From: an uncultured Christensenellaceae bacterium
GTDB taxonomy: Bacteria > Bacillota > Clostridia > Christensenellales > UBA3700
DNA: 64,000 nt
Direction: 5' to 3'
Assembly: GCA_963931165.1 (NCBI GenBank)
Contig: OZ006985.1
Span: 975,900 to 1,039,899 of the forward strand
Shown: one piece after another, positions 9,768-19,537 of the stretch
How positions within the stretch are numbered: position 1 is the first letter of the stretch
Layout: each line of letters begins with the position of its first letter
Position numbers and translations under genes: made by a program
The notes under the pieces: generated by a model
Told to the model about the DNA's origin: nothing
The model's input: only the letters and a program-made list of their open reading frames with translations
Databases searched by the model: none

Positions 9768-10763
9768 ATGAACAAAATCATTTCCGGCATCATCGACAAG
9801 GCAAAGACCCTGCGCAAGACCATCGTGCTCGCCGAGGGCGAAGAACCGCGCACCGTCCGCGCCGCCGAGATCATCACCAAAAACGGTATCGCCGACATCA
9901 TCTTGCTCGGCAACAAGGACAAGCTCGCGCAGATGTATCCCGACGTGGATCTGTCGCTGTGCACCGTCGTCGACCCCGCGACCGCGGACATCGAGGACTT
10001 TGCCAATGAGTTCTACGAACTGCGCAAGGCGAAGGGCATGACTCTCGAAGAGGCGAGGGTGCAGATGCGCAAGTATCTCAACTTCGGCGCGATGATGACG
10101 CGCAAGGGCATGGCGGACGGCATGGTCGCCGGCGCGATCAATTCGACCGGCAACGTGCTCCGTTCGGGGCTTCAGATCGTCAAGACAAAGCCGGGCATCA
10201 AGACGGTGTCCAGCTGCTTTATCATGTGCTTTGAGGGCACCTACTACAAGGACAGAGATGTGTTGATCTTCGGCGACTGCGCGGTCAACATCGACCCGAC
10301 CGCCGAACAGCTCGCGGACATCGCGATCTCGTCCGTCGCGTCGGCGAAGTCGCTCGCCGGCATAGACGATCCGCGCGTGGCGATGCTGTCTTTCTCGACT
10401 AAGGGCAGCGCAAAGCATGCCAACGTCGACAAAGTGGTCGAGGCGACCGCTCTCGTCAAACAGCGCGATCCCGGGCTCGCCGTGGACGGCGAACTGCAAC
10501 TCGACGCGGCGATCGTCCCGTCGGTCGCGATGCTCAAAGCGCCCGGCAGCGACGTCGCGGGCAAGGCGAACATCTTGATCTTCCCCGATCTGCAATCGGG
10601 CAACATCGGCTACAAGCTCACGCAGAGGTTCAGCGGCGCGGTCGCGATCGGACCCATCTGCCAGGGCTTTGCCAAGCCGGTCAACGACTTGTCGAGAGGC
10701 TGCACCTCCGACGACATCGTCGCCGTCGTCGCTATGACCGCGGTCCAGGCGTCGCAAGAATAA
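9768..10763 (+). CDS. pta: Phosphate acetyltransferase
   Basis: ATG 9768 behind GGAAGGAG. Full-length similarity to short-form Pta ([15 protein letters not shown]..., [13 protein letters not shown]). Confidence 0.9.
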   Translation: MNKIISGIIDKAKTLRKTIVLAEGEEPRTVRAAEIITKNGIADIILLGNKDKLAQMYPDVDLSLCTVVDPATADIEDFANEFYELRKAKGMTLEEARVQMRKYLNFGAMMTRKGMADGMVAGAINSTGNVLRSGLQIVKTKPGIKTVSSCFIMCFEGTYYKDRDVLIFGDCAVNIDPTAEQLADIAISSVASAKSLAGIDDPRVAMLSFSTKGSAKHANVDKVVEATALVKQRDPGLAVDGELQLDAAIVPSVAMLKAPGSDVAGKANILIFPDLQSGNIGYKLTQRFSGAVAIGPICQGFAKPVNDLSRGCTSDDIVAVVAMTAVQASQE

Positions 10764-10776
10764 CAAAGAGGCAAAA

Positions 10777-11994
10777 ATGAAAGTATTGGTCATCAACGCG
10801 GGCAGTTCGTCCGTCAAATATCAACTCATCCAAACGGACGACGAGAGCGTCGTCGCCAAGGGCGGCATCGAGCGCATCGGCATCCCCGGTTCCAACCTGT
10901 CGCAGACGGTCGGCGGCAAAAAGTATGAGGTCGCAAAAGACCTTGCCGATCACAACGCGGCGTTCGAGCTCATGCTGAGCTGTCTGACCTCGCCCGACTT
11001 CGGCGGCGCGGTCAAGGACATCTCCGAGATCGAGGCGATCGGTCACCGCGTGCTTCACACAGGCACCGACTTCCACGGTTCGGTCGAAGTGGACACCGAG
11101 GTCGAGAGGCTGCTGCGTGAGAACATCCATCTCGGTCCGCTGCATATGCCCGCCAACATCGCCGGCATCGACGCCTGCATCAAGGCGCTGCCGGGCGTGC
11201 CCAACGTCGCCGTGTTCGACACTGCGTTCCACACGACGATGCCCGACAAGGCGAGCATGTACGCGATCCCCTATGAGGACTACGAGCAGTTCAAGATCAA
11301 GAAGTACGGCTTCCACGGCACTTCGCACAAGTACGTCTCGGGCTGCGCGATCGACTACCTCAAGTCCAAAGGGCTGCCGTGGGACAAGATCGTCACCTGC
11401 CACCTCGGCAACGGTTCGTCGATCACCGCGGTCAAAGACGGCAAGAGCGTCGACACCTCGATGGGAATGACTCCGCTCGAGGGCGTGCCGATGGGCACGC
11501 GCAGCGGCGATATCGACGCGTCCGTCGTCGAGATGCTCTGCTCGTGGAAGGGGATGACCCCTCAACAGGTCGTCACCTATCTCAACAAGCAAAGCGGCTT
11601 CCAAGGCGTCAGCGGCGTCAGCAGCGACAGCCGCAACGTGCTCGAAGCGGCGGAGAAGGGCAACTACCGCGCGCAGCTGGCGATGGACATGTTCACCTAC
11701 CGCGTCAAGAAGTACATCGGTTCCTACGCGGCGGCGATGGGCGGTCTCGACTGCATAGTCATGACGGGCGGCATCGGCGAGAACAGCGGGCCGTTGCGCA
11801 AGGGGATACTCGAAGGCTTGGAGTTCCTCGGCGTAGAGCTCGACGGTGAGGTCAACGCAAATGTGAGACAGCCCAAGTGCATCCACGAGATCAACACCGC
11901 CGATTCGCGAGTGAAGATCCTTGTCATCCCGACCAACGAAGAGCTTGTGATCGCGAGAGAGACGCGCGATGTCGTCACCGCGGCGAAAAGATGA
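10777..11994 (+). CDS. ackA: Acetate kinase
   Basis: MKVLVINAGSSSVKYQL N-terminus, GFHGTSH and GGIGENS motifs; follows pta. Confidence 0.95.
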   Translation: MKVLVINAGSSSVKYQLIQTDDESVVAKGGIERIGIPGSNLSQTVGGKKYEVAKDLADHNAAFELMLSCLTSPDFGGAVKDISEIEAIGHRVLHTGTDFHGSVEVDTEVERLLRENIHLGPLHMPANIAGIDACIKALPGVPNVAVFDTAFHTTMPDKASMYAIPYEDYEQFKIKKYGFHGTSHKYVSGCAIDYLKSKGLPWDKIVTCHLGNGSSITAVKDGKSVDTSMGMTPLEGVPMGTRSGDIDASVVEMLCSWKGMTPQQVVTYLNKQSGFQGVSGVSSDSRNVLEAAEKGNYRAQLAMDMFTYRVKKYIGSYAAAMGGLDCIVMTGGIGENSGPLRKGILEGLEFLGVELDGEVNANVRQPKCIHEINTADSRVKILVIPTNEELVIARETRDVVTAAKR

Positions 11995-12025
11995 ACTTTC
12001 GGGCGCAAAAACCCGTGCAAATCGT

Positions 12026-12054
12026 TTGACAAACGCAAGCAAACCATTTATAAT
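12026..12054 (+). promoter_or_regulatory. Sigma-A type promoter of rpmF (TTGACA-N17-TATAAT)
   Basis: Exact consensus hexamers at 12026-12031 and 12049-12054. Confidence 0.65.
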
Positions 12055-12089
12055 ACGATAGCAACGAGAAAGTAAGGAGGTGTCCGAAC

Positions 12090-12284
12090 ATGGCAGTACC
12101 CAAGGGAAAAACGTCCAAGGCAAGGAAGCACAGCAGGTCGGCTAATTGGAAGCTGAGCGCTCCCGCGATGGTGGAGTGCAGTCATTGCCACGAGCTCAAG
12201 CTCAACCACAGAGTCTGCGACAACTGCGGTTATTACGACGGCAAGCAAGTCGTTACGGTGGATACCGGCGCAAAGAAGAACTGA
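12090..12284 (+). CDS. rpmF: 50S ribosomal protein L32
   Basis: MAVPKGKTSKARK... with CxxC...CxxC zinc ribbon; SD AAGGAGG upstream. Confidence 0.95.
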   Translation: MAVPKGKTSKARKHSRSANWKLSAPAMVECSHCHELKLNHRVCDNCGYYDGKQVVTVDTGAKKN

Positions 12285-12334
12285 GTTTTTGACAGCATCG
12301 GGTACGGCTCGACCGTCCCTGTTGCCGCTGTTTG

Positions 12335-12364
12335 GTCGGCGTGGACAGCGCCGACAATTTTTTA
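12335..12364 (+). terminator. Rho-independent terminator after rpmF
   Basis: Stem GTCGGCG/CGCCGAC followed by AATTTTTTA. Confidence 0.6.
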
Positions 12365-12387
12365 TACGCGTACGCGCGCGTATTCGA

Positions 12388-12416
12388 TTGCAAAAATCCC
12401 GGTGCAAGTTTATAAT
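12388..12416 (+). promoter_or_regulatory. Sigma-A type promoter of plsX (TTGCAA-N17-TATAAT)
   Basis: Hexamers at 12388-12393 and 12411-12416. Confidence 0.6.
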
Positions 12417-12436
12417 AGAGTGGAAGAGGTGAATTC

Positions 12437-13450
12437 ATGATCATTGCACTCGATGTACACGGCGCCGATCGAGGCGTTGAAGTCGCGGTCGGAGGGGCGC
12501 TGCAAGCGCTCGCCGTGTCGAGCGACGTCAAAGTCGTCCTTTGCGGCAGACGTCAGGATGTCGAAGGGGCGCTCGCAGGCAAGCCCTATGACAAGTCGCG
12601 CGTCACGATCCTTGATTGCGGCGAGCCGGTGACCAACAACGATCATCCCGGGATCGTCGTCAGGCGCAAAAAGGACGCGTCCATGTTCCGCGCGCTCGAA
12701 CTCGTCAGGGACGGTGAGGCGGACGCGGCGGTCAGCGCGGGCAACACCGGCGCTCTTTTGGCGGGCGTCAACATCATTTTGAAAAACGTTCCTCACGTCA
12801 AGCGTGCGACCATGGCGAGCGTCGTCACGTCGCTTGACGGCACACCCACACTCATCACCGATATGGGCGCCAATGTCGACTGCGAGCCGCAGCGGCTGAT
12901 GGCGTTTGCGATCATGGGCAGCGTATATATGAACAAAGTGTTCGGCATACGCGCGCCGAGGGTCGCTTTGCTCAACAACGGCTCCGAGCGCGAGAAGGGC
13001 AACAAGCTGGTGCTCGCTACGCGCGATCTGCTCGAGGCGAGCACGCTCAACTATGTCGGCTATGTCGAGCCGACCGAGCTGATGAGCGGCAAGGCGGACG
13101 TCATCGTCACCGACGGCTTTGCCGGCAATATGGCGATCAAGTCGTACGAGGGCATGGCAAAGGCGATGATGTCGGTGATCAAGAGCGGCATCATGGACGG
13201 CGGGATCAAGGCGAAATTGGGCTATCTGCTGCTCAAAGGCGTGTTTAGGCGCGTCAAGCGCACGTTCTCGGCGGACGAGGTCGGCGGAGCGGTGTTTTTG
13301 GGCGCGAACGGGGTCGTCGTCAAGACCCACGGTTCGAGCACGGAGGAGAGCTATTGCAAGAGCATCCTCAATGCGGGCAAACTCGTCGAAAAGGGCGTAG
13401 TCGCCGCGATAGCGGAAGGGATCGCTGATCATGACGGCGACATCGATTGA
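12437..13450 (+). CDS. plsX: Phosphate:acyl-ACP acyltransferase PlsX
   Basis: MIIALDVHGADRG... and SAGNTGALLAG motifs; full length. Confidence 0.9.
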   Translation: MIIALDVHGADRGVEVAVGGALQALAVSSDVKVVLCGRRQDVEGALAGKPYDKSRVTILDCGEPVTNNDHPGIVVRRKKDASMFRALELVRDGEADAAVSAGNTGALLAGVNIILKNVPHVKRATMASVVTSLDGTPTLITDMGANVDCEPQRLMAFAIMGSVYMNKVFGIRAPRVALLNNGSEREKGNKLVLATRDLLEASTLNYVGYVEPTELMSGKADVIVTDGFAGNMAIKSYEGMAKAMMSVIKSGIMDGGIKAKLGYLLLKGVFRRVKRTFSADEVGGAVFLGANGVVVKTHGSSTEESYCKSILNAGKLVEKGVVAAIAEGIADHDGDID

Positions 13451-14066
13451 AAAGAAGATAGGCTACACGTTCAAAGACAAAAAGCTGTTGACCACCGCGT
13501 TGACGCACGGCTCGTACGCTCATCTGCACGGCGGCGACAGCTATGAGAGGATGGAATACCTGGGCGACGCGCTGCTCGACTTCATCGTCGCGGAGGCGCT
13601 GTATCTGCGCTTTCCCAAAGCGGACGAGGGCGAGCTGACCAAGCGGCGCATCGCGCTCGTGTCCGAACAGCCGCTCGCGGCGGCGTCGCGCCGTCTCGGG
13701 TTGGAGAGCGAGGTCAGGGTGCTCGCGCATCACATGGGCAAGGATTCGGTGCTGTCGGACGTCTTCGAGTCGTTGACGGCGGCGATCTATCTCGACGGAG
13801 GGGCGGAACCGGCGCGCAAGTTCGTCTTGGGCGCGCTGTCGGACGTCCCCGCAAGCAGGGAGGAGAGGGACGAAAAGTCCGCTCTTTACGAAGAATACGG
13901 TCAAGAGAGGGTGCGTTTTGTCGAAGAGGGGCGCAAAGGCCCCGCGCACAGACCAAGTTTCACCATGGCGCTGTACATTGACGGACGCCGCGTCGCGCAA
14001 GCCGAAGGCTCGTCCAAAAAGGAAGCCGAAAAGGAGTGCGCAAGACGCTTTTTCGAAAACAGATAA
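13431..14066 (+). CDS. rnc: Ribonuclease III
   Basis: Signature ERMEYLGDALLD plus a C-terminal dsRBD (SSKKEAEKECARR). Overlaps plsX by 20 nt. Confidence 0.9.
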   Translation: MTATSIEKKIGYTFKDKKLLTTALTHGSYAHLHGGDSYERMEYLGDALLDFIVAEALYLRFPKADEGELTKRRIALVSEQPLAAASRRLGLESEVRVLAHHMGKDSVLSDVFESLTAAIYLDGGAEPARKFVLGALSDVPASREERDEKSALYEEYGQERVRFVEEGRKGPAHRPSFTMALYIDGRRVAQAEGSSKKEAEKECARRFFENR

Positions 14067-14074
14067 GGAGAAAT

Positions 14075-17000
14075 ATGAACCTCAAAAAAATCGAAGTATA
14101 CGGATTCAAGTCGTTTGCCGACAGGTTGACGATCGACTTCAACGAAGGGGTCACCGGCATCGTCGGTCCCAACGGCTGCGGCAAGAGCAACGTCGTCGAC
14201 GCGATCCGTTTTGTGCTGGGCGAACAATCGCCCAAAAACCTGCGCGCAGGCAAGATGACGGACGTCATCTTCGGCGGCACGGAGAAAAACCGCAAGTCGC
14301 TGTCCTTCTGCCAAGTCAGCCTTTATATCGACAACACGCAGCGCATCTTCCCCAAAAGTCCGTTTGACGAGGTCATCATCTCGCGTAAATTGTTCAAGTC
14401 GGGGCAGAGCGAGTATTTGCTCAACAACGAGACGGTAAGGCTCAAAGACATCCTCGACCTCATTCGCGACACCGGTGTGGGCAAGGACGGTTACAGCATC
14501 GTCGGACAGGGCAAGATCGACGAGATCATGAACGCCAAGCCCGAGAACAGGCGCGCGATCTTCGAGGACGCGGCGGGAATTTTGACCTACAAGATGCGCC
14601 GCAACGAGACGATCAAAAAGCTCAACAACGCCAACGACAGCATCGAGAAGCTCAAGATCGCGCTCGACGGGCTCGAAAAGCAGCTGGGGCCGCTCGCAAA
14701 ACAGCGCGAGGCGGCGCTCAAATTCCGCGACCTCAAGAGCAGGCTTCTCGTGTTGGAGACGAACGAGTTCCTCGCGCGCTCGGACGGCGGCGAAGAGGAA
14801 AAGCGCAAGCTCGGCGAAGAGATCGCCCGTCTTGCGGTCGAGCAGGAGACGATCGAGCGCGACCTCGCGGCGATCGACGCGGAGTACAATTCAAAGACCG
14901 CCGACAGGCACAACACCGACATCTTGATAGGCAAGATGCGCGACGAATTGACCGAACTTGCGGTCGAGCAGGAGAAGATGCTCGGCAAGGGCAATACGCT
15001 CGGCGAGCGCATCAAGAACTATGAGGAGCGCAAAAAAGAGGAAGAGGCGCGCTCCGTCTCGCTCGAAGGTCAGATCGAGAAGAAAAAGGAAGAACTCGCC
15101 GACCTCATGAACCATCTCGCGATGGCGAACGAGGACAAGGATGAGCTGTCGCGCGAGATCAAGAGCAAAGAGAGCGCTCACGACGCGCTCGTCGCCGAGA
15201 TCACCGCGCGCGAAAACGAGATAGAGGCGGCGAACCGCGCCATGCTCGACGCGATGGCGAGCATAGCCGACATCAAGGCGGACAAGGGCAAGCTGAGCGC
15301 GGAGCGCGAAGGCGCCGAAGCGCGCATTCAAGAGGTGGAAGAGGAGATCGCTTCGCTCGAGAACGCGCTCGACGAACAGCGCGCCGAAAAGGGTAGGCTC
15401 GAGCAGTCCGTCGCCAAAAAGAGCGCGCAATTGGACAAGTTGAAGCGCAACAAGGACGAGGTCGCCCACGAGGTCGCAAAACTCGACCTGAACATCAACG
15501 ACAAGCGCAGACGCATCAATATGCTCGAACAGAACATCGCCGCGATGGACAGCAGGTCGAAGGCGGTCTACGAGTTGGGCTTTGCGCCGGGATGCAAGCT
15601 GGTGAGCGCGGCGAGGAGCGTGCCTGCGGTCGCATCCAAGATCATGGGACTGATCTGCGACATCATCGCGGTGCCCGAGCAATACGGCGAGGCGATCGCC
15701 GCGGCGCTGGGCGGCGCGCTGTACAACGTGGTCACGCGCGATCCGGCAGACACCAAGGTATTGATAGATTTCATGCGCGCACGCGGGCTGGGGCGCGCGA
15801 CGTTCCACCCGTTGACGACGTGCAAGGCGGCTGAGCTGAGCGCCTATCAGACGGCGGTCTTGAACGAGAGAGGCTGTCTCGGGGTCGCGAGCCGCCTGAT
15901 CAAGTACGACTCCAAGTACGCGAACGTGATCAGCAGTCTTTTGGGCAGGACGGTCATTGTCGACACCTACGACAACGCGGTCGCGATCAACCGCAAGTAT
16001 CCCAACCTCGTGAGGATGATCACGCTGGGCGGCGAGATGTTCGCGACGACGGGCGCGATCACGGGCGGATCTGCCGCGGCGGGCGCGAATCGTCTCAAAT
16101 CGGAGAGCGACATCGCCAAGGCGAACGAAGAGGTCAAGCAAAAGAAGCAGGAAAAGGAATCGCTCGAGCGCATGCTCAAAAGCGATCTCAACGATCTGAG
16201 AGAATACAAAGCGCAGCTTGACGAATACGAGTCGGACGTCAAGGCGGCGGAAGTCGCGTTCGCGAAAGAGAACGAGCGGCTCAAAAACATCGCCGCGAAG
16301 ATAGACGAACTGACCGCCTCGATCGACAACAACAAGTCCGTCATCGAGATCTTGAAGGGCAAGATCAAGGCGATCGATCTCAATTTGGGCGAGATCGACA
16401 AGAGCGAGAGCGACGTTTCGGGCGCGCGTTCGCAGGCGGACGACGCGGCGGCGAAGCATCGCGAGCAATTTGAAGAAAAGAAGAGGACGCGCGACAGATA
16501 TGCGGACGAGCTGTCCGGCTTGCGCGTCGAACTTGCGACCGCGGAGTCCAACATCCAAAAGGTGCAGGAGAACGTCGACCGCGTCAAGGGCGAGTTGGAC
16601 GAGCTCAAAGCGTCGCTTGCCGAGTGCAAGGCAAAGATCGACAGCATCGTCGACGGGCTTGAAAAGGCAAAGCGCGGCGCAGAGGACGTGTCCGTCGCCG
16701 ACGTATACAAGCCCAAGTTGGAGAGGCTCAGGAAGGACATAAGTTCCGCCGAGCAATATCGTTTGACGATCGACGACGTCATCGCCAAGCTGACGGCGCG
16801 CAAGGACGTCATTCAGACCAAGGCGGTCAAGGTCGGTTCGGACAAGGCGAAAAAGGAGTCCGCGCTCGAGCGCATCGACGACGCGATCAACACGCTGCTC
16901 GAGAGGCTGAGCGAGGAGTATATGATCCACAGCTACGAAGAGGCGGCGGCGCATCGCGTGCCCGACTTCGACCGCGAGGCTGCGGCGGGAGAGATCACCC

Positions 17001-17650
17001 GTCTGAAGCGCGAAAAGACCGCTCTCGGCAACGTCAACTTGGATTCCATCCAAGATTACGACACGGTCAGCGTTGAGTACGAGAGCCAGAAGAAGGAGTA
17101 CGACGACCTGATAGCCGCGCGCGCCGACTTCGAGAAGATCATCAACGATCTGTCCAACCAAATGCTCTATCAATTCAACACCGAGTTCGCCAAGATCCAG
17201 GACAACTTCCAAGAGATCTTCAAGGAACTGTTCGGCGGCGGCACCGGCAAGCTGGAGCTCGAGGTCCCCGAGGACGGGGATATGCTCGAGGCGGGCGTCG
17301 AGATCTACGCTCAGCCGCCGGGCAAATTGCTCAAGAGCATGTCGCTGCTGTCGGGCGGCGAAAAGGCGCTGACCGCGATCGCGATCCTGTTCGCGATATT
17401 GCGTCTGCGTCCGATGCCGTTCGTCATCCTCGACGAGACCGAGGCGGCGCTCGACGACACCAACGTCGAGGTGTTCGCTCGGTATCTGCACAAGTTCAGC
17501 AGCACAACTCAATTCATCGTCGTCACACACCGCAAGCCGACGATGGAGCTCGCCGACAGACTGTACGGCGTGACGATGCAGGAGAAGGGTGTGTCGACGG
17601 TGGTCAGCGTCACCTTGTCCGAGGCGGTCAAGCACAGTTCAAACGATTGA
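14075..17650 (+). CDS. smc: Chromosome segregation protein SMC
   Basis: ATG 14075 behind AAGGAG. Walker A GPNGCGKSN, long coiled coils, hinge region, LSGGEKALTAIA signature, Walker B FVILDE. Confidence 0.95.
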   Translation: MNLKKIEVYGFKSFADRLTIDFNEGVTGIVGPNGCGKSNVVDAIRFVLGEQSPKNLRAGKMTDVIFGGTEKNRKSLSFCQVSLYIDNTQRIFPKSPFDEVIISRKLFKSGQSEYLLNNETVRLKDILDLIRDTGVGKDGYSIVGQGKIDEIMNAKPENRRAIFEDAAGILTYKMRRNETIKKLNNANDSIEKLKIALDGLEKQLGPLAKQREAALKFRDLKSRLLVLETNEFLARSDGGEEEKRKLGEEIARLAVEQETIERDLAAIDAEYNSKTADRHNTDILIGKMRDELTELAVEQEKMLGKGNTLGERIKNYEERKKEEEARSVSLEGQIEKKKEELADLMNHLAMANEDKDELSREIKSKESAHDALVAEITARENEIEAANRAMLDAMASIADIKADKGKLSAEREGAEARIQEVEEEIASLENALDEQRAEKGRLEQSVAKKSAQLDKLKRNKDEVAHEVAKLDLNINDKRRRINMLEQNIAAMDSRSKAVYELGFAPGCKLVSAARSVPAVASKIMGLICDIIAVPEQYGEAIAAALGGALYNVVTRDPADTKVLIDFMRARGLGRATFHPLTTCKAAELSAYQTAVLNERGCLGVASRLIKYDSKYANVISSLLGRTVIVDTYDNAVAINRKYPNLVRMITLGGEMFATTGAITGGSAAAGANRLKSESDIAKANEEVKQKKQEKESLERMLKSDLNDLREYKAQLDEYESDVKAAEVAFAKENERLKNIAAKIDELTASIDNNKSVIEILKGKIKAIDLNLGEIDKSESDVSGARSQADDAAAKHREQFEEKKRTRDRYADELSGLRVELATAESNIQKVQENVDRVKGELDELKASLAECKAKIDSIVDGLEKAKRGAEDVSVADVYKPKLERLRKDISSAEQYRLTIDDVIAKLTARKDVIQTKAVKVGSDKAKKESALERIDDAINTLLERLSEEYMIHSYEEAAAHRVPDFDREAAAGEITRLKREKTALGNVNLDSIQDYDTVSVEYESQKKEYDDLIAARADFEKIINDLSNQMLYQFNTEFAKIQDNFQEIFKELFGGGTGKLELEVPEDGDMLEAGVEIYAQPPGKLLKSMSLLSGGEKALTAIAILFAILRLRPMPFVILDETEAALDDTNVEVFARYLHKFSSTTQFIVVTHRKPTMELADRLYGVTMQEKGVSTVVSVTLSEAVKHSSND

Positions 17651-17657
17651 GGTGAAA

Positions 17658-18554
17658 ATGGGCATATTTTCAAAGATAGCGCAAGCGCTCAAAAAGACAA
17701 AGGAGAACTTTTCCAAAAAGATGTACGCGCTGTTTGCGGGGCGTGCGCTCGACGACGATTTCTATGACGAGCTTGAGGCGATCCTGATCGGCGCGGACGT
17801 CGGCGTGACGGCTGCGGAGCAGATCATCGAGGATTTCCGCGACGCGTGCTATCGCGAAAAGATCAAGACGCCCGAGCAGGGCAGAGACCTGCTCAAACGC
17901 ATCATGACCGACGCGATAGACTATGAGATCGCGCCTTACGAGTATCCGCTGGTCATCCTTGTCGCCGGGGTCAACGGCGTGGGCAAGACCACCGCGTTGG
18001 GCAAGCTCGCCAAATACTTCACGACCAAGGGCAAGTCTGTTGTGATGGCGGCGGCGGACACCTTCCGCGCGGCGGCGGCGGAGCAGCTCGAGGTCTGGGG
18101 CGAGCGCGCGGGCGTGCGCGTGATACGTCACGAAGAGGGCAGCGACCCGGCGGCGGTCGTATACGACGCGATCGCGTCGGCGAAGGCGAAGAACACAGAC
18201 GTCGTGTTGATCGACACCGCAGGAAGGCTGCAAAACAAGAAGAATTTGATGAACGAACTCGCCAAGATCAACAAGGTCGTCGGCAGGGAATATCCCGACT
18301 GCGACTACCGCACCTACATCGTCATCGACGCGACGACGGGGCAGAACGCGCTGTCGCAAGTCGAGGCGTTTGACGAGATCATCGACATGGACGGCATCAT
18401 CCTCAACAAGCTGGACGGCACCGCAAAGGGCGGGGTCGTGTTCGCGATCTCGGCGGAGCGCGAGCTGCCCGTAGTGTTCGTCGGCGTGGGCGAGGGCATC
18501 GACGATCTCGAGGACTTCGACGCGGGGGCGTTCATCGACGCTTTGTTTGAATAA
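17658..18554 (+). CDS. ftsY: Signal recognition particle receptor FtsY
   Basis: ATG 17658. Motifs GVNGVGKTT, DTAGR and LNKLDGTAKGG. Confidence 0.95.
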   Translation: MGIFSKIAQALKKTKENFSKKMYALFAGRALDDDFYDELEAILIGADVGVTAAEQIIEDFRDACYREKIKTPEQGRDLLKRIMTDAIDYEIAPYEYPLVILVAGVNGVGKTTALGKLAKYFTTKGKSVVMAAADTFRAAAAEQLEVWGERAGVRVIRHEEGSDPAAVVYDAIASAKAKNTDVVLIDTAGRLQNKKNLMNELAKINKVVGREYPDCDYRTYIVIDATTGQNALSQVEAFDEIIDMDGIILNKLDGTAKGGVVFAISAERELPVVFVGVGEGIDDLEDFDAGAFIDALFE

Positions 18555-18575
18555 TGCACACAGGGAGGAAAAATT

Positions 18576-19436
18576 ATGGACAGAGCAAGCGACAGGTTCG
18601 CACTGGCGGACGGCAACTTCATCCCGTGTCTCGGCTTCGGGACCTACTTGATCGACGACCCGATTGTCGCCTATCGCAGCGTGGCGGACGCGCTCGAGCT
18701 GGGCTATCGCCACATCGACACCGCGGCGATCTACCGCAACGAAGAGAGCGTCGGCAAGGCGGTCAGGGACAGCGGTTTGGCGCGCGGCGACATCTTCGTC
18801 ACGTCAAAGGTGTGGGCGAGCGAACACGGCTATGACCGCGCCTCCCGCGCGATAGACGCGTCGCTCAAACGCCTCGGTTTGGACTATATGGACATGTGCC
18901 TCATCCATTGGCCCGCCAACGCCAAGAATTACAGCGATTGGCAGGCGGTCAACGCCGACACCTGGCGCGCGCTCGAACAGGCGAAGGCGGACGGCAAGGT
19001 CAAGACGATCGGCGTCAGCAACTTCCTCGTGTCCCACCTTGCCAGCTTGCAGGACAATTGCCGCATCATGCCCGCGGTCGATCAGATCGAGTATCACCCC
19101 GGACTGCTTCAGCCCGAGACGGTCGCGTTTTGCAAGAGCAACAACATCTTGGTCGAGGCGTGGAGCCCGATCGGCAGAGCGAGGCTCTTGGACGACCCGA
19201 CGCTCAACTCGATCGCGCACAAGCACGGTAAGTCGGTCGCGCAAGTGTGCGTCAAGTTCGCGCTGTCGCAAGGGGTGCTGCCTCTGCCCAAGAGCACGCA
19301 CAGAGCGCGCATGGCGGAGAACGCCGACATCTTCGACTTCGAGCTGGATTGGTCGGACATCGGCGACATCGAGGGGATGGAAGAGGGCAAGCGATACGGC
19401 TCTCATCCCGACGAACAGGATTTTTGCGCAGAGTGA
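18576..19436 (+). CDS. Aldo/keto reductase (2,5-diketo-D-gluconate reductase-like)
   Basis: LGFGTY..., GYRHIDTAAIYRNE and IGVSNF motifs; SD GGGAGG. Confidence 0.85.
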   Translation: MDRASDRFALADGNFIPCLGFGTYLIDDPIVAYRSVADALELGYRHIDTAAIYRNEESVGKAVRDSGLARGDIFVTSKVWASEHGYDRASRAIDASLKRLGLDYMDMCLIHWPANAKNYSDWQAVNADTWRALEQAKADGKVKTIGVSNFLVSHLASLQDNCRIMPAVDQIEYHPGLLQPETVAFCKSNNILVEAWSPIGRARLLDDPTLNSIAHKHGKSVAQVCVKFALSQGVLPLPKSTHRARMAENADIFDFELDWSDIGDIEGMEEGKRYGSHPDEQDFCAE

Positions 19437-19441
19437 AACTC

Positions 19442-19470
19442 TCGCCGTCCGAAAGGGCGGCGAATTTTTA
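19442..19470 (+). terminator. Rho-independent terminator after the AKR gene
   Basis: 9-bp stem TCGCCGTCC/GGGCGGCGA with a GAAA loop, then ATTTTTA. Confidence 0.65.
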
Positions 19471-19477
19471 CGCGACA

Positions 19478-19510
19478 ATTGTAAACCAATGCGCGAAATA
19501 AGTTTACAAT
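19478..19510 (+). promoter_or_regulatory. BirA-type biotin operator (inverted repeat ATTGTAAAC-N15-GTTTACAAT)
   Basis: Perfect 9-bp inverted repeat with a 15-nt spacer that overlaps the -35 of the bioY promoter. The architecture matches Firmicute BirA operators as I recall them. Confidence 0.6.
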
Positions 19511-19531
19511 GTCTCTTTTCTATGCTATAAT
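19503..19531 (+). promoter_or_regulatory. bioY promoter (TTTACA-N17-TATAAT); the -10 ends 6 nt before the ATG (leaderless geometry)
   Basis: Hexamers at 19503-19508 and 19526-19531. No Shine-Dalgarno sequence lies between the -10 and ATG 19538. Confidence 0.6.
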
Positions 19532-19537
19532 GTTGCC

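Noticed and set aside
14891-17635. 914-aa ORF on the minus strand antisense to smc. Similar very long antisense or off-frame ORFs occur at 24679-27315, 51501-54350, 38579-40978, 29426-31507, 21837-23978, 45649-47445, 36250-38115, 59506-61017 and 54658-56388.
   Set aside because: All mirror a confidently identified gene on the other strand. All are Arg/Asp/His/Gly-rich with no recognisable motifs and lack SD-linked starts. Stop-poor antisense frames are expected in GC-rich DNA.
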